Shown one piece after another: positions 35,889-50,013 of a stretch of 59,835 nt of DNA. Numbering within the stretch: position 1 is the first letter of the stretch; each line of letters begins with the position of its first letter. The notes under the pieces are model-generated. The model had not been told where the DNA came from. It saw only the letters and a list, made by a program, of their open reading frames with translations, and did no database searches. The DNA comes from Dimargaris cristalligena (taxonomy: Eukaryota): positions 1-59,835 of the forward strand of contig ML002246.1 of assembly GCA_003614675.1 (NCBI GenBank), written 5' to 3'. The position numbers were made by a program, and so were the translations under genes.

Positions 35889-38695
35889 CACCAACGACTG
35901 TTTAGCTACTTATAAATGTCCAGTTGACGACGAGTTAGAAGTGTTTTTGGGAGCGAAAGAGGCAGAGTCGGCTCAAAACCCCTTTTACTTGGTGGGTTAA
36001 TCGTGATGATAAAAAAATGTGATTACCCGTGGCTTGGGTACTAAAGGTAGAAATTTGCTTGAATCTGTTAAAGAAACCAGTGAATAAACGTGAATAAGAA
36101 TCGTAGATAATATGAGAAAGTTAGAAAGGCATTAGTCGTTCAGAGGTGGTGGGTTAAGAGGGAAGGAGAGAAGGGCCGATTGTTGACCGTTATTTATAGT
36201 TGCCCACTCCACGAGCCCCCCAATTCAGGTGTTGGTAAACCAGCTGGCTCCGGTGCAGAGACTATCATTTGACCCTTCGTTAACCCACCCACCCAACGTC
36301 TTTCCAGATCAACACTTGTCAACCAGGGGAAGTTGGCGGCCCAGGCAATGATGATTGCCAATGCACCAAGTCCGTCAACAAAACGCTGTAATTTGCCTCG
36401 GAAACCAGGGGGCGGGGAGGTGGACTAGGATGAGCTACAGTACCGGAGCCGCAGGAGAGTGAATACGATGGTCGACCAAGGTACGCCACCCGACTTACGA
36501 GAGCTTCCGAATCACTGAGAGGAGAGGGGTACCGCGGTAGCGGTGCAGGTTCTGTGTATAATAGTAGTGGTGAAGTACGGCCAGTATATATACATTTATG
36601 TATCTTATGTATCGTCGATAACCGGTACCTCGGCGGTTAACGGAACAAGTCTCGTAAAGAACAGTCTGTTGAAGGAGCGATAGCAGTCATGTCAAATATG
36701 GATGTTCGTTAGTGGTGCTGAGTTTACAAGTAACAGTCGTTGTAGTAGGATACGGCGGCGGAAAGATAACCCGGCTCCGAATAGAGGGTATAGTATGGGC
36801 TATACAGTCTACCCTATTCAGACTTGGGTATTAGCGAGTACAACCAGATTGTTCACCCACCGGGTCTAGCTATTTGCGGTTGCGTCAGAAGGACTGTGCA
36901 TAGTCCTATAAAGCAGCATAACATACATGCAACTGCACCTTACTAACTAGGCCCCTCTACTACCAAAATAATAGGGCGGTATTGTAACATGTTGGCCGGG
37001 GTTTTCAACTTACGCTATCAGGCCGATGGTTGCGGAATTGGTTAATGTGATAGGGAGGTGGTCGGATTATAATAGTACAGTTCAAATACAGGAATTTATT
37101 TAGGATTCAGGAGGATGGAACTAATACCAAACATAGAGCGCTGGAGACCCAGAGGGGGTAGTGTGTAGAGGAGTATGTTTTGTTGGTAAACTGAATAATA
37201 ATGGATGCGCCAGCTCTGTGGTGCCGGTAAAAACATCCCAATTATCAGTCCGTTATACAGCTAACAGCAATTGAGATAGAGACCCATACATATAGATTAG
37301 GTCATAGAAGGAGGAGCACCCACTACCGAAAAACTACCAAGTATTAAATAGCAATGAAAACCTACCAAAATAAGGGGAAACAGTCAGCCGTGGTATGGAT
37401 TTTTTTATACAAGAAAACAAGGTCGGTCAATCCCCGAAACGTCCTAACGACTTAACTATATACTGCCGAGCGGGTAGGTCCCGCCGTATCACATACCCTC
37501 TTTCATTTTCGGCTTGGCAACAAACTCGCTAATTTTCCAAGGCAGGAAAGAGGGCGAAAGAGGGAGGTTACGATTTGGCTGGAAATAGTCACGCCCCAAT
37601 TCTTTTAATAAAGACAGGGGGGTCCGACCTTGGTCTGGGTACCTCCTACAAGCCAACTCGTATAACCCACCATTGTTGCATTGGATATTTTCCGCTTTCC
37701 ATTGGGGTGTCGGTGATTGGAAGAGGACCAAGGGGGGGGGGGTATCGAGCTAGTGCTGCCACTGTCACGGCCACCACTACTGCTGCTGCTTCTACTTGCA
37801 GGTTTCCTATAGATAAATATCTATGAGTAAATGAAGTTCATTAGTATCGTATGGCCGCTCCCAATTGGGGGCTGGTGACCTGGGCTTCGCTAGTTAATGG
37901 TTCCGGGAGACTAAGTTGCGGTTTATACATCACATCCCTCTTTGCCCTCCACTCCATGGTCTCTAGGACTCGAAATACTCTCCGGTCTTGACTAAGCTGG
38001 TCGACTAGGTCCATCTATATCCGATACTTAGTCGTTTAGTCAGTTGGGAAAGAAATAGGGAGGGGAAGGTCCGCTTGATGCCAGGACCGATAACCACCCT
38101 CTAATACGTATATCATTGACCATATACCCCTCCCGCCTTAATTATGGTTGTATAGGTATAAATAGCATGTAGGAATAGCCGGTATTCAAAGGGCCAAAAC
38201 GGAGTATTGGTGAGCATCCTCACCCATCGGTCAAAGCAAAAAGCCCATTTTCCTCCTACATATCGCGCAAGGGTTCTCGGCAAACTCAATAACCATGGCC
38301 GCGTATATACGGCGTATCCTATAGGAGCGAGTAACTCTACTGGACCTCTCTAGCGAGGTCAGGGTAGGCTAACGAAAGTCGTGATTATACTGGGTGTATA
38401 TGATATATAGTCCAATAGTTTACTATGCAAATATATTATTAGTAATGTACGCTTATATAGTTGTTCGCAATAATAACTTATAAAAGTAACGATGTGGTAG
38501 AAATAATGAGTACGGCGCCAGGGAAAAGGAAGTGAGAAAGTGATAATAGGCGATTGTAAGAAGAGGTGGAAGGGGGAGGCAGTTACAAAGCCAAACACAT
38601 TAAACAGTAGTATTTATCGAAGGGGATATATGTGTATTATATTATGCGGAAGAAAAAGAGGGAGAGAAACACAGGGTGTGTGTTTCTTTGTCCAA

Positions 38696-41393
38696 CTAGT
38701 CGGAATCCACTTCCTCGAACTTTCCTTGCCGGACGGCCTGGGCCATGGGGTGTTCGAACTTAACCATACCCGTCCGATTTAGCCGATCGAACAGAACCAT
38801 TAATTTCTCGGCCTCCTGTTCCTTTTCCTCCTCCGACATGGGCGTGTCCCACAGCGGCTTATTACTAGAAGTCGACGGTGACGATCCATCGCCCGTGGAC
38901 GACCGGTGGTAGGCACTGCCGGCCTTGGGCATACGGGCCTCCGGGGGAGGTTGGTTCAAGTGGACTTCGCCATGGCCATTATGCCTATCGCTCCCGCTGA
39001 ACAGACGGCCAGTGATGGGGTTAATGGTATTCCGGGGACTACTACCATTGCTACTGCCTTGCTGGCTGGCCTGAAAACTCGATTCGGAAAAGGCGATGCC
39101 TTGTTCCACTAGGTAACCAGCGATGTTACCGTAGCCAATTTCGGCTACCAGTTGATTGACGTCGTTATTCCAGAGGTTGTACAGGAGGTTCCCGACACTC
39201 TGGGAGAGTGGTGTGGGCATGGGCTGGGCCAGGATAAACACCAATCGGCCGCCGGGGGTATCAAGGGATTCCGGGGCTACGTCTCGGTTACTATGAGGTA
39301 GTATATATGCAAATACAGGCAACGTGAATAATATAGAGGATGTAGGGGGGAAATAAGTGAGTTATGTCAGCAAAATAACTAGGGTGGGTTTACGGAGACA
39401 TCACATTGACGTCATTTTCGATGAGATGAATCCCTGGGTATAAAAGAAGGATAACACTAAGCCATCTAACCATGTCAGTCGCACTTACCGATCTTCTGGG
39501 AACCAGTGGTTGCGCATGTAGAGTCGACTTGGAATATGAGCCTGGCTAATGGAAATCAGAAGCCACAGCAGGGGCAGCAAAGAATGGGCGATGTTTTGGT
39601 TGAACGATGAGTAATACAACGACAGTGAAGGCGTGCCACCGCTGCTAGCGTCGCTCGCCGTACTATCGGTCGGGTGGTCGTCATTGATCGAGAGCATGCT
39701 CAGCGCATGGTCACAAAACTCCACCAGCCGTGTAATCAAGGCCAATGAGCTCTTGAGGGGGAAAAAGGCATGGGAGAAAGCGTGAGGAGAGTAACACAAC
39801 AGGACCGAAATGGCATTACTGTGAGGAGGCGGTATGCCCAGAGCCTGACGGTCCATGGGTAGGGTAAGGATCACTTCCAAGGTAGGGCGGAGCGGGTAGC
39901 CGAAGGTGTGGGAGTCGGCCACCGCCAGCTGGTTTTCGGCCAGGGGATAGTTCGTCGTGGTGTCGGTGGGGGCCGATGATGCAGAAGAAGCTTCGTTGAG
40001 GAGCGAGGCCCGGGAGGTGTTGGAGGACGAGCCAAAGGGGAGAGCGGCCCGGAAGGGAGAATCCGGGGTGGCGGTGCGTAGGCTAATGTAATCACTGGCA
40101 ACATTGTAGCACACCTTCAGGAGCTCCCCAATGACCTGGACGGAAGTGTAGGGGTCGCTAGTAAGGTTGGCCGAAGCCGCACCGCTTTCAATTCGTCGTA
40201 GATGGATGTTGAGAAGTTGAGATAAAAAGAGATTGATATTGCATTCATCAATGGCAATGCGCACGACTCTGGGCTTCCGGAGGGTCAGCAGGAATAAGAT
40301 CCGGGCAATGAGAAAGTGGCAACGAGGGGAACAGTCGGCCAACTAAGCAATGGGGAGTGATGTTGGTGAGGGATTAAGTGAATAGCAAACAGAGCGATAT
40401 TCAGTGAGATATTGATGCAGTTAGGACGGGTTAATTGGTGAATAGGAGGGAGGAGACTATGGGGTGACATGACGCACTGTCGGAAAATGAGCACGGCGTT
40501 TATTAATAGACCAGCGTTGTGCTAGTAGCCACAGTGGGATTTAACATGTAAAGTCCTTGAGGCGCCTTGCAATGGGGGGATATGCGTGGTGAGTAAATGG
40601 ACATTGTCGCACACCCGTTCGATAGACCGAGTGGATAGAACTTACGTTGACTAGATAGCTTAGGCGTTGCATAATATGTAAATCCAGGGCGATGTCACGG
40701 GTAGACTCCGCGGTAAGGAACATATTGGCCAAACACGTCAAGGCTTCGCAGGCCCGTTCGGTGTTGGGGAAATGGAGGCCCTGACCTTTACGAGGCTCGA
40801 TACCGAGGCCGGCATGTAGCATGAGCATTTGGATGCCCTAGGAAATAGGCGAATGACAAAGAATATCCCATTTAAAAGGGTTCATTAGTCAGTGATACTG
40901 GTGCACGGACCCTCCTATAACCGAGAGAGAGAGAGAGAGAAGAGCTTAATAGTTCAAAGGGGGAGACTACCTTCATACTTCGGCGGAAATCGAAGATATG
41001 ATGAAGGAAGGGAAAGCGGAGATGGTATCTCAATGTAGCCCAAAGGACTATCTTTTTCGTTGAGAAATCCGTCATTATTGGAAAGTGGTGGTGGTGGGAG
41101 GGGAGAGGTATTACAAAGAAATACGAAGAACTCCTCCCTCCGTCCGCTAGCAAAGTCATACCCCACTCCAACTCCTTTTTTCACTTTCCACCAAGAGAGA
41201 TACTCACCTGCTTATTGTAGAGCTGTTCACAGCCAGTGGGGTCCCGACCCATCGTTTTGAGGTCAAACAGGGCATTTTCGATCCGGGACTCGGACCATTT
41301 GGAGTAGATCTTGTACTCGGACAAGGCTGCCACCAGCTCCCGGATGCGGGTCCGTTTCTGGTCGGGGGTAAGCGTTTGCATGGAATGACTCAT
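38696..41393 (-). CDS. RIC8: Ric-8/synembryn G-alpha chaperone and guanine nucleotide exchange factor
   Basis: Predicted exons 41393-41208, 40837-40646, 40342-39489, 39290-38696. Hallmarks: LKTMGRDPTGC, EALTCLAN, IGYGNIAGYL, INPITG, MSEEEKEQEAEKLMVLFDRLNRTG, HPMAQAVRQGKFEE. Confidence 0.92.
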
Positions 41394-43848
41394 TAGGTAG
41401 GTGGTGGACTGGGTATTAACGCACGCAAACACACATAGACACACGCGTGCAAAGCCGAGGTTATGCTTGGTAAAGAATATAGAGAACGACGACCAGACGC
41501 GCTTAAAATGGCGAGTTAGAGGGCGGCTGATGTGCAATAAACCCGGCGCTTTAAGGGAATGAGTAAAGGAGACGTCAAGTCGGGTGTGCCAAAATGCGAA
41601 AACTTCGAATAAAAATATTTTCTGGTAAAATAAAATTATATATATATATATATATATGTATATATAATGGCGCAATAAATTGGTTAAATGTGGGGGTTGG
41701 AGGGGATTCAGCTTGGGTTTGTTGGCGCTGGATATAGAGGAGCGTAAACGAAGTAAAAAAAAGGACTGTTCAACAAGGATGTGGTAATGCCGATTGCGCC
41801 AAGTGGGCCAGGCGGGGAGATATAGCAGAGAGAGAGAAAGAGAGTATATGGTGGAATATCGCCCAAAAAAAGGAATAATTATGTACAGAGGAAGCAGGCA
41901 CAGAAAAGGGAAGAGAAAGGGGGAGAGTGTCCAATAATGTTATTATAGAAGTCCCCGGCGGCGGGGTGACTGGATATAACAATACCTGCTGCTGCCTAAA
42001 CAATTATTGATTCGTCGAAATAAGCCTCCTAAATAGAAGAACATATACTACCAATAGTCTGTATAGAAGGAATGTCGGGTGTATAGAGCGGGTAAACTGT
42101 GGTGCGTACGTTGTATTAGCTAGTCCTTGTGGTATATGAAAGTGCAACAAAAAAATGGATAGTATAAGAAAGAACAGCACGAGTGTGAATGCTAGGAGAG
42201 AACCCTAAAGAGGTGGTGAGGTGAGTGTTTCATTAGGCCTTTTCCTTTCTCATACACCAACGAACGGACGGATCCATGGGTGAGGCTGTAGAATTCACTC
42301 CCTGTTCTTCCTAAAACAATGGCCGCGCCCAAAGAAGAGGGTTTTGGGCAGAGAGGGCGGGGTGCACCCAATATGGACTTACGGTTAGTACAGGTAAATA
42401 TCCGCTTCGGAAAATCGACTGGGTCAGCACATGATATGGTCGATGGACTCGATGAAGGACGTTTATGCGAGTCAAAATTAGGACAGGGATATGAACGAGG
42501 ACAAGGACAGGTACAGTATTGTATTGTATTGTATGATGTTGTATAAAAAAACAGCCCGCGAGGAGAGAGGAAAAGGATCAGCTTAAATAAAAGTATGTGG
42601 ACCAGTGAAAAACTAACCAGTCTGATTGAGGTAACTTAATTTGGGGAGGGATGCACACAACAAGCGGGAGGGGGAACCAAGAGACGCCTCCACGGGGTTT
42701 TATAACAACAGCCATAGTTGCCCCACAACCAGATTGGAGGATGTACACCGCCGGTCCTGTCTTCCGTGTTTCGTCAGGCTTGGTCCAAGCACCACACCTG
42801 GTGCTCTTCAATAGGATGGGTTAGTCGCCTCCTTTAATCGAAAACCCCTTTGCTCACATATTCACATTCACACTCCGGCTCCCAGGACCGTCTTCGATTG
42901 CCATAGGACGGCTTAGTGGATCCCGGCAGAGTGGTGGCGATTGAGAAAGCTGGGGGGGGCTGCTTGCCTTAGGGGAACAGCGCCCCCCTGGGCCCCCCGA
43001 AATACCAGCTAGTAGCAGTAGTAATACTCCAAAGCAATTCGATATGTCGACCAGAGACATGGATCACACTTACCTCGGATGTGCGATACAGACGGCCTCC
43101 TAATCAATTGTGGGTGGGACAAAGGGGCGGCGGTGGATTATCGGGAGATATATTTCTCGCCCCTAGAGGCCTCACACAGCCTCCTTCGTCCCTCAATTAA
43201 CCAACACAGTGTGGATAATCATAATGTCCCCAAGTAGTCTATGTTCCTTTTAATAGACATATTAGGAATCCCCACCAATCAGAGCCGAGGTCACGGGGGG
43301 TGATAGAGGAGGCACTTGATTTTATAGTGGGCATTAGGATCGCCCGACCAAAATATCCATACAACAATGGTCAAGATTAGTTAATTGGTTAGTTCATTAT
43401 ACAGCAGACCCAATCACATTAACCACTGACAGGAACCGTCGCACTATACCCACCCCAGTCTTCTATTATAACTCGCCCCGTCTCTCCTCTAGTTACACAC
43501 TTGGACTGGCGCTATTTTAGGACATCGGGCTAAAATAGGATATAATATAGTAAAGTAAAGTAGAGTGGTTGACCGACACCAGAGTCCTATCTCTCTCTCT
43601 TTTCGGGGGTCTATGTCGACCATCGCGATTCCCATCTCTTGCCCTATCAAATAACCAACAATGATGTACAAGGGTGGGAGTTAAATGTAGCAAGCCTCCA
43701 CCTCCCCCTCCATTCACTCATACGGGCGAGTAAAAGGCTCCGAACCTATAAAGGAACTGTGTTTATGTAATTGGTAGAGGTATTTTGAAAGGCAGAAAAG
43801 ATTAGCCCCAGTTAACTCAATTGGGGTGTGTTTTTTCAATACTAGGGC

Positions 43849-43856
43849 TATAAAAA
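43849..43856 (+). promoter_or_regulatory. TATA-like box upstream of the structured element
   Basis: TATAAAAA ends ~29 nt before the 5' arm of the terminal stem, and no credible + strand CDS follows. Confidence 0.35.
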
Positions 43857-43884
43857 TGATATCGTCGGCCGCTTGGCTCATCTA

Positions 43885-44110
43885 AGTGAATAGCGAAGGT
43901 ACCCGGTGACTTAACTTGGACCTTGTGCTAAAGGATTTCCCTAGCGGGGCACGCAGCATCGCGCTAGTTAAGTTACTTCGGTGGAAGTTGCCGCATACCA
44001 AATGGTGGGTATGTCTTACCAGGTTAGCTTTCCTTTCATACCCTGGCAATGTGGACGTGTGTTGGAGTAGTCTATCCCGTCTTCGGTTAATACTATATCC
44101 TCTTTTCACT
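43885..44110 (+). ncRNA. Candidate structured ncRNA (~225 nt, family unidentified)
   Basis: Nested complementary segments: AGTGAA 43885-90/TTCACT 44105-10; CGAAG 43894-98/CTTCG 44081-85; GTGACTTAACT 43906-16/AGTTAAGTTAC 43966-76; GCTA 43927-30/TAGC 43942-45; GTTGCCG 43987-93/TGGCAAT 44044-50; GGGTATG 44007-13/CATACCC 44037-43. Most G-U pairs favour the + strand. Confidence 0.4.
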
Positions 44111-44400
44111 ATTTAAGTAGACCAGGTCTGCCTCATTCGATGATTGGTGACAGAGTATTGCTGTTACCGAATTATTCGTTGGATCGCATTAACCAATCGG
44201 GCCTCCTCCTCCCAATGAATCTAACTGTCTAATTTTTCTACAGGGGGATTAGGACGAGTTCCCAGGACTGTGCTTGAAACTTTTTCACTACCCATTGGTT
44301 AGCGGCTTTAAACTACATATGGGGACAGGGAGCTATTGGATTTTGCAAGGAGGTTATTATTTCAAGAGAACTTGGTCGACTCAGAAGCAATCAGCTACAC

Positions 44401-46646
44401 CTACTCTTTATAGGGGAACCTGGTTTCCATGTAATCATGCGCCCGCTGAAAATCGGCCCAGCACTCGTCGTAGATTCGGGCGGCCTGGCCGTTGGGTTTC
44501 GCGAGACACCGGAGTACTAGCCCGGAATGTAGTCGGAATTGGCTGTATTGGGTCAAACCCTCGCCGCCAGGTGCCCCCGGCCCGGTCGTATTGGACGAAC
44601 ACGCAAACAGGGCCCGTAAGGCACACCCCAAACTGGCGGTTGCCGGGGGCTCGGCCAGCCAAACGGGCGCATTAAGTACATCCGCAAAAATTTGAGTAAT
44701 GGCCGGATTGATTGAGGCCCCGCCCAAGGCCATAATACGCTGGGGGTGGTCCAGACCCTTGCGCGCCAAGTATAGCCGCATATGAAGGGCCTGGCTTTCA
44801 ACCACCGCGCGTACATTCCAGGCCGGATCCGGGAATTCCGAGAGGGGAGTAAGGGGCGCCGTTTTCAAAGGAGCAGACACTTGCTGTCCGTTTCGGGGAC
44901 TCGACTCCACGGGCCCGCCATTTAGGCCAAACCGCTGCACCCCGTGGGACCGGGGTAAAATTTCGGGGCTGAGGTAGTAGAATCCCAGATGGTGGAGGAG
45001 ACCGGGTGGAGTACATTCCAGTACGTCGGCAAAGGTAGACCAGGAACCCCCGGCGTATTGGTCACGCACCCATTCACGGGTCAGGGACCCATTGCGGAAG
45101 CATAGAAGAGCAATGTAATCGGACGAGGTGGAGGTTGCCAATGGGTGACACAATATGTGGCCGTCGAGGTTGTCATCCTCCTGGCGATTTCTACTAGGAA
45201 ACGCACAGGGGAACATCACAGTGTCGCTGGTACCCAGACTAACGATGGCGTCGCCGGGGTTGGCTGCCAAGGCCAGTACTGAGGCCGGGTTATCGCCAGT
45301 CCCAGCCAGCAGGCGACAGGCGGAATTAATGCCATATTTGGTCTGCCAGTAGGGCGCAGTCGACTCGCTTATTACGGACTGTGTGGCAGCTGGTGTACCC
45401 AGTTTGTGAAGTAGGCTGTCATCTGCGACAATGCGAACAATGGTAGGTGACCACTCTTTACTCCGGATATCCAGAACATTCATACCGGATCCATCGGCGT
45501 AGTCAATAGGAGCAAAATCACCTAGCAGGAGCGTAGTAAGGAAGGAGCTAACGAGACTGATGCGAGGAGTGGCTTGGTAAAGCTCGGGGTTGGTTTGGTA
45601 AATCTATGCACCCCCGACCGACGGATTTATCGAGATGAAACAAATAAACAAGTCAGCAGGGTGTATAAATTAAAATGGGTGATCCTTGGAATCGATAAAA
45701 GCGGGAGCGAACTCCATTTTTTAGTTAGCTGTTAATCAAAATGGGCCTATGTAATGGTGTGCCCTCCCCCTGTCATTAAATAAGCCCCTTGATAAAAATG
45801 TCGGTATAATATAAAAGAAGCATTTGTTTTAACCGGCCCGATGGCCAGCCAACTTACCTTGGCAATCTGGTTGATTGTAAACCGCTCGTAGGCGATAGAG
45901 CCAGTAATACTAGCAAGTTTAGCGGGACCTCCGATTTGCCGTTCTAATTGCCGACACTGCGAGCCTGTGCTGGTGTCCTGCCAGATGGGGCTGTCGGTAA
46001 TCGAAAAACAATCGCCCAGTTGGTCTTTTAATGGTAGGTTGGTGTCCAAATGGCGTAGTCGGTGCTGGGCCTTCTCATTCCAATACACACTGCTGTGTTG
46101 CTATGGAGTACGCGGTAGGCAGAAATAGTGAAGTAACTAGAAAGAAGTTAAACCGGGTGCGCAGTCAGTCCGTAGTGGGGATAGATCCGAGATATTTGCC
46201 TAGCTAAAAATCCAGACTATGTTGCTTACCTGGGCGCAGCAGGCAATAGCGGCTAGCTGGGCCAATTGAGGAGCTGCCGCAGCCGCTAGTTTGAAAAATA
46301 GCAGATCTAGGGCCTCGACCCACATCAACGGATGGGCAAAGGCTCGGTTTACATCGGTATAGCAGCCACCCTTGGTACTGCACAGACAACGAAGCCGGTA
46401 CACTTAATTAGTGAGTGGTATTGAGTTCCGGCGGGTATGGTGGAGTCCTTTTACCACCCTTATTAACTGCACACGGAATTTATCACCCCAATGGAAGGGA
46501 GTGTCTATTCGTTCAGCTTACCTGTATTGGGGAAGTTCTTGGTCAAAGTCAACGTCACAAGTCAATTGGGTGGTACCGGCCTGGTCGATGAGGGTAGCTT
46601 TGAGTCGCTGGGTGCTGAGGTCGAGGCCCAAGTAGTACGCTGGCAT
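44401..46646 (-). CDS. XKS1: Xylulokinase (FGGY carbohydrate kinase family)
   Basis: Predicted exons 46646-46522, 46377-46230, 46100-45858, 45603-44401. Motifs: YLGLDLSTQRLK, MWVEALDLL, AQQHSSVYW, SPIWQDTST, TGSIAYERFT, TGDNP, VSLGTSDT, LCFRNGSLTRE, GGASIN. Confidence 0.95.
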
Positions 46647-46827
46647 TGCACCTCCGAGCAGGGCGGTGCTGGGTGTGTGTATCGACGAAGTGTTAGGGGG
46701 AAACGCGAAAAAAAGGAAAAGCAATAATTCAGGGTTACACGGGAATTCTCGTTCAAGCCAAGTCCGAAAAGTCAAGTTTAAGAGAATGGAGGTAGGTGAT
46801 AGTGGTGGGGCAGGGTGCAATGGGGGT

Positions 46828-46831
<4 letters not shown>

Positions 46832-46858
<27 letters not shown>
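46832..46858. repeat. (GA)n microsatellite in the divergent XKS1/TVP15 promoter region
   Basis: Direct reading of the sequence. Confidence 0.85.
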
Positions 46859-47587
46859 GAATGTGGGCGGATGGGAAGCAGTCGCCGCTTATTTTGGCGC
46901 GTTGAGAGTGGACCGTACCGCAGCCAATCAGGATCGAGGCATTATGTCACCGTTTGGGCCTGTCCTGCCCTAACGGACTTTGAAATCCGCCTATAATAAT
47001 AATAAAACAGGCCAATCCACCGGGTGAAGAAGATGAATATATGCGTGACACTCCCCCCCCCCGTTGCTAGTCGTTGATCCAGCGATGGTTGAATGCGCCT
47101 GTACCCTGGCCTGTCACATACTGACTGTATGCGCGCGCGCGTCGCGACGCATATAGACAATATTATTGATATTACCACCTCGATATATATTATTCAGTCC
47201 CTCCCCCCCTGGGCGCGGCGGAGAATGTGTCTATTGTTTCTTCAGTCCTCTCTCCATTTTATCTCGCCTGCCCTCCATCAGTTTATCCAGCCTGTATTGT
47301 CGTAGTTCTGGTCTTCGTTCCTTTCCTTCTCTTTACTCGGTAACTTTATTATTTTTGCAAACGTCCGTCGCCTCGGTTTAGTTTCTCGGGTTCCACTTCG
47401 TTGTCGACTCTATTCTATCGACTCCGGAGGCATACTATCCTCTCCTCTCCCAGTGTACTTTAGCCTACCCTTTTCCCCCGTTTTTCGTATTCACCCGGGC
47501 CTCGAACTCGGCTTGACGCCGTCTCAAGCCGCTTCCACTCTTTTCTGGGACCGCCCTCCTCCCTGTATTGTACTCCATATTTAAACC

Positions 47588-48052
47588 ATGCCCAACCACG
47601 GCTACGTCGGGAATGACACCAGCCTCAGCTGGCTCTTCCGCATTCTCAATGTCATTGTCGCCGTCCTGATAGCCGTCGGCGGCGTGATCTTCATAATCAC
47701 CGGCCGCTTCCAACCCATCGTTGTGGGCATCCTCCTCCTCATTTTCACCGTCCTCATCCTGGCCCTCGAAATCAGCCGACCCTGGGCCCTGCAGAGCAAG
47801 TGCGAGTTCCTGTTTATGTTTATCGGCCGTGGTCTGCTCTACATTTTTCTGGGTATCCTGAACCTGGCCCCCGAACTCTATCACTTAATCTCGGGTGGTG
47901 TAGTGGGACTCATTGGGCTGCTCTTCTGCATCATGCATTTTACGAGCTTCGAACTGTATGCGCGTGACCCCCATGCCCCGGCCCCCGTCCATCCGACCGT
48001 GCGCTATCCCGCCATTGACTCGCGTTATGATTTACCCGCCGCCTATGTCTAA
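47588..48052 (+). CDS. TVP15: Tvp15/COPI-associated Golgi membrane protein
   Basis: Single exon, 154 aa, 3-4 TM helices. FRILNVIVAVL...ILALE...FLFMFIGRGLLYIFLG matches the family signature. Confidence 0.85.
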   Translation: MPNHGYVGNDTSLSWLFRILNVIVAVLIAVGGVIFIITGRFQPIVVGILLLIFTVLILALEISRPWALQSKCEFLFMFIGRGLLYIFLGILNLAPELYHLISGGVVGLIGLLFCIMHFTSFELYARDPHAPAPVHPTVRYPAIDSRYDLPAAYV

Positions 48053-48808
48053 ACACCTCCGTTAGACGCGGTACCATTGATAAATCCCGAGTCCCGAGTT
48101 ACTCGACCCTTCCTTCTACATCCTTCATCAAATTGCACCGAACTGATATTAGTTTACGCGTTCCTTTGTTGCTATTGTTTTTTTTTTCAAGCTCTCGCCT
48201 ATTTATTACCGCTTGCTTCACCCAGTATAATATTTGGTGGTATCAAATTGATTTTTTATTTTGAATCCTGGCAGAGCCCCCTTTTGCTAGTCCTATTTCC
48301 TCTAGCACCGTTTTTATCTTGTCTACTAAGTCTTTTTTTTGTTTGGTTTGTACTTGTCTGTTGATTAGCCCAACACAGCTGTTCCATTATATATTTATAC
48401 ATATTCCACTCCATATACATATGCAGTATCGCTTATCTGTTCATACATTAAGTCCGACGTTCGTCTTATCACGCCACTATCGCTTTCTGTTGAATCCATA
48501 ATAAAGTCAGGTTTTTTTAAAACATTTTGCTATACCATTCTTATATAGGTGGGTCAATGTAACCATCGATGGCCAAAGTCAATATTGTTATGGGAGTTGA
48601 AAGGATCACCATCAATAATTATTTTATATATAAAAAAAATAGGTGGGCAGGCGCATATCTGTTCAAATAGCTGGATTGTAAACTAAGTTGAAAGACAACG
48701 TTGAAAAAAAAAAGGAAAAGCGAGGTTGGTGAACACTATTAGACTTAGGGTTAGCCAAATGCCCATCTCAGCGATGCCTTTATAGTCGCAGCTATGTGAA
48801 TGGGTCGT

Positions 48809-49972
48809 TTATTCCTTCTGTAACTGCTGCACTTGGGTAAGCAGTTTCTTCTCGACAGCAGTACGCATGAAACTGAATATTTTTGATACACTCTTCCGGC
48901 AAATTTCGTGGCAGGCATTATACTAGGTCGGTAGGAAAGTGAGTAGGGATATGGATACGGAGTATATTTGTGGCTCGGTTAGTTTCCAAGTAAAATTAGT
49001 CGAGTGGCCATATCATACTAATGGTATACGTAAATATATAGATGTGACCTAGTTTTGCGGATCAGCCGCTAACTGCTATTAATCCAAACTTACCTGTTCT
49101 GGCGTAAAGCTCCCTATCGAATCATTAAAGAGGGCGCCTTGCATTTCGGAGTCGAAGGCGAAGATATGGAAAGAGGTCGCAGTCTGGGAGTTAAACCACA
49201 CAAAACAAAATGAAATCGAAAGAGTTATAAAATATTACATGATTTAGTCGTTGATGGGAAGTAGATTATGATTTGATGACATTAAACAGGCTACGCATGG
49301 GAAGAAGGGGTTTCGGACTGGATTGTATTGAAAGTGGGCTTACCTCAATTTCGTGTTCAGTGGGATCCAGAAGGAGAGTCCCCTGGTCGTCAATGGCACA
49401 GCTCACGCTGCCTACTATGGTACGCATCGGTACGCCGGCGTCCATGAGGGCCATCGTAGCCGCATTGAAGGCTGCGGAAATCTCCTAATAAGTAGAAGGG
49501 TATAGTAAACACGGTCCAATGGATTATGCCGGCGAGTTAGTAAGGCTATACATCCTAGGGGTGATGAGCCAGTCGACCCATTAAAGAGACGGGCTAGGTG
49601 TATCTATTAGCTATTGCAACGGAGGGACAGGTCAATAAGGTCGCCGTCGAAAATATAAATCGATGGAATTATAAAACCATAAAACTTACCGAGCCGTGGA
49701 CGCGACTTTCCTGTAGTTCGATTCGAATGAGGGTATTGGGGTGAAGGGCGGTCAGAACGACGCCTTCAAAGGTCCGGCGAACGTTGAATTCGACCCAGCG
49801 ATCCCGAACCCCTAAGCCCCCCCGACATACAGCAGCCATTACACGAGTTAAGATAATACGTTAGTATGTTGGGTTGATGATGTAGTTACCTAATCCACCA
49901 CGTGTCACCCACCGGAACCATGGATATAGGGAGGTGCACCTATATGAGCGATACTCGGGTCAGTATCAGGCC

Positions 49973-50013
<41 letters not shown>

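Noticed and set aside
47465-47884. Acidic 139-aa minus-strand ORF
   Set aside because: It is the antisense of the hydrophobic TVP15 codons.
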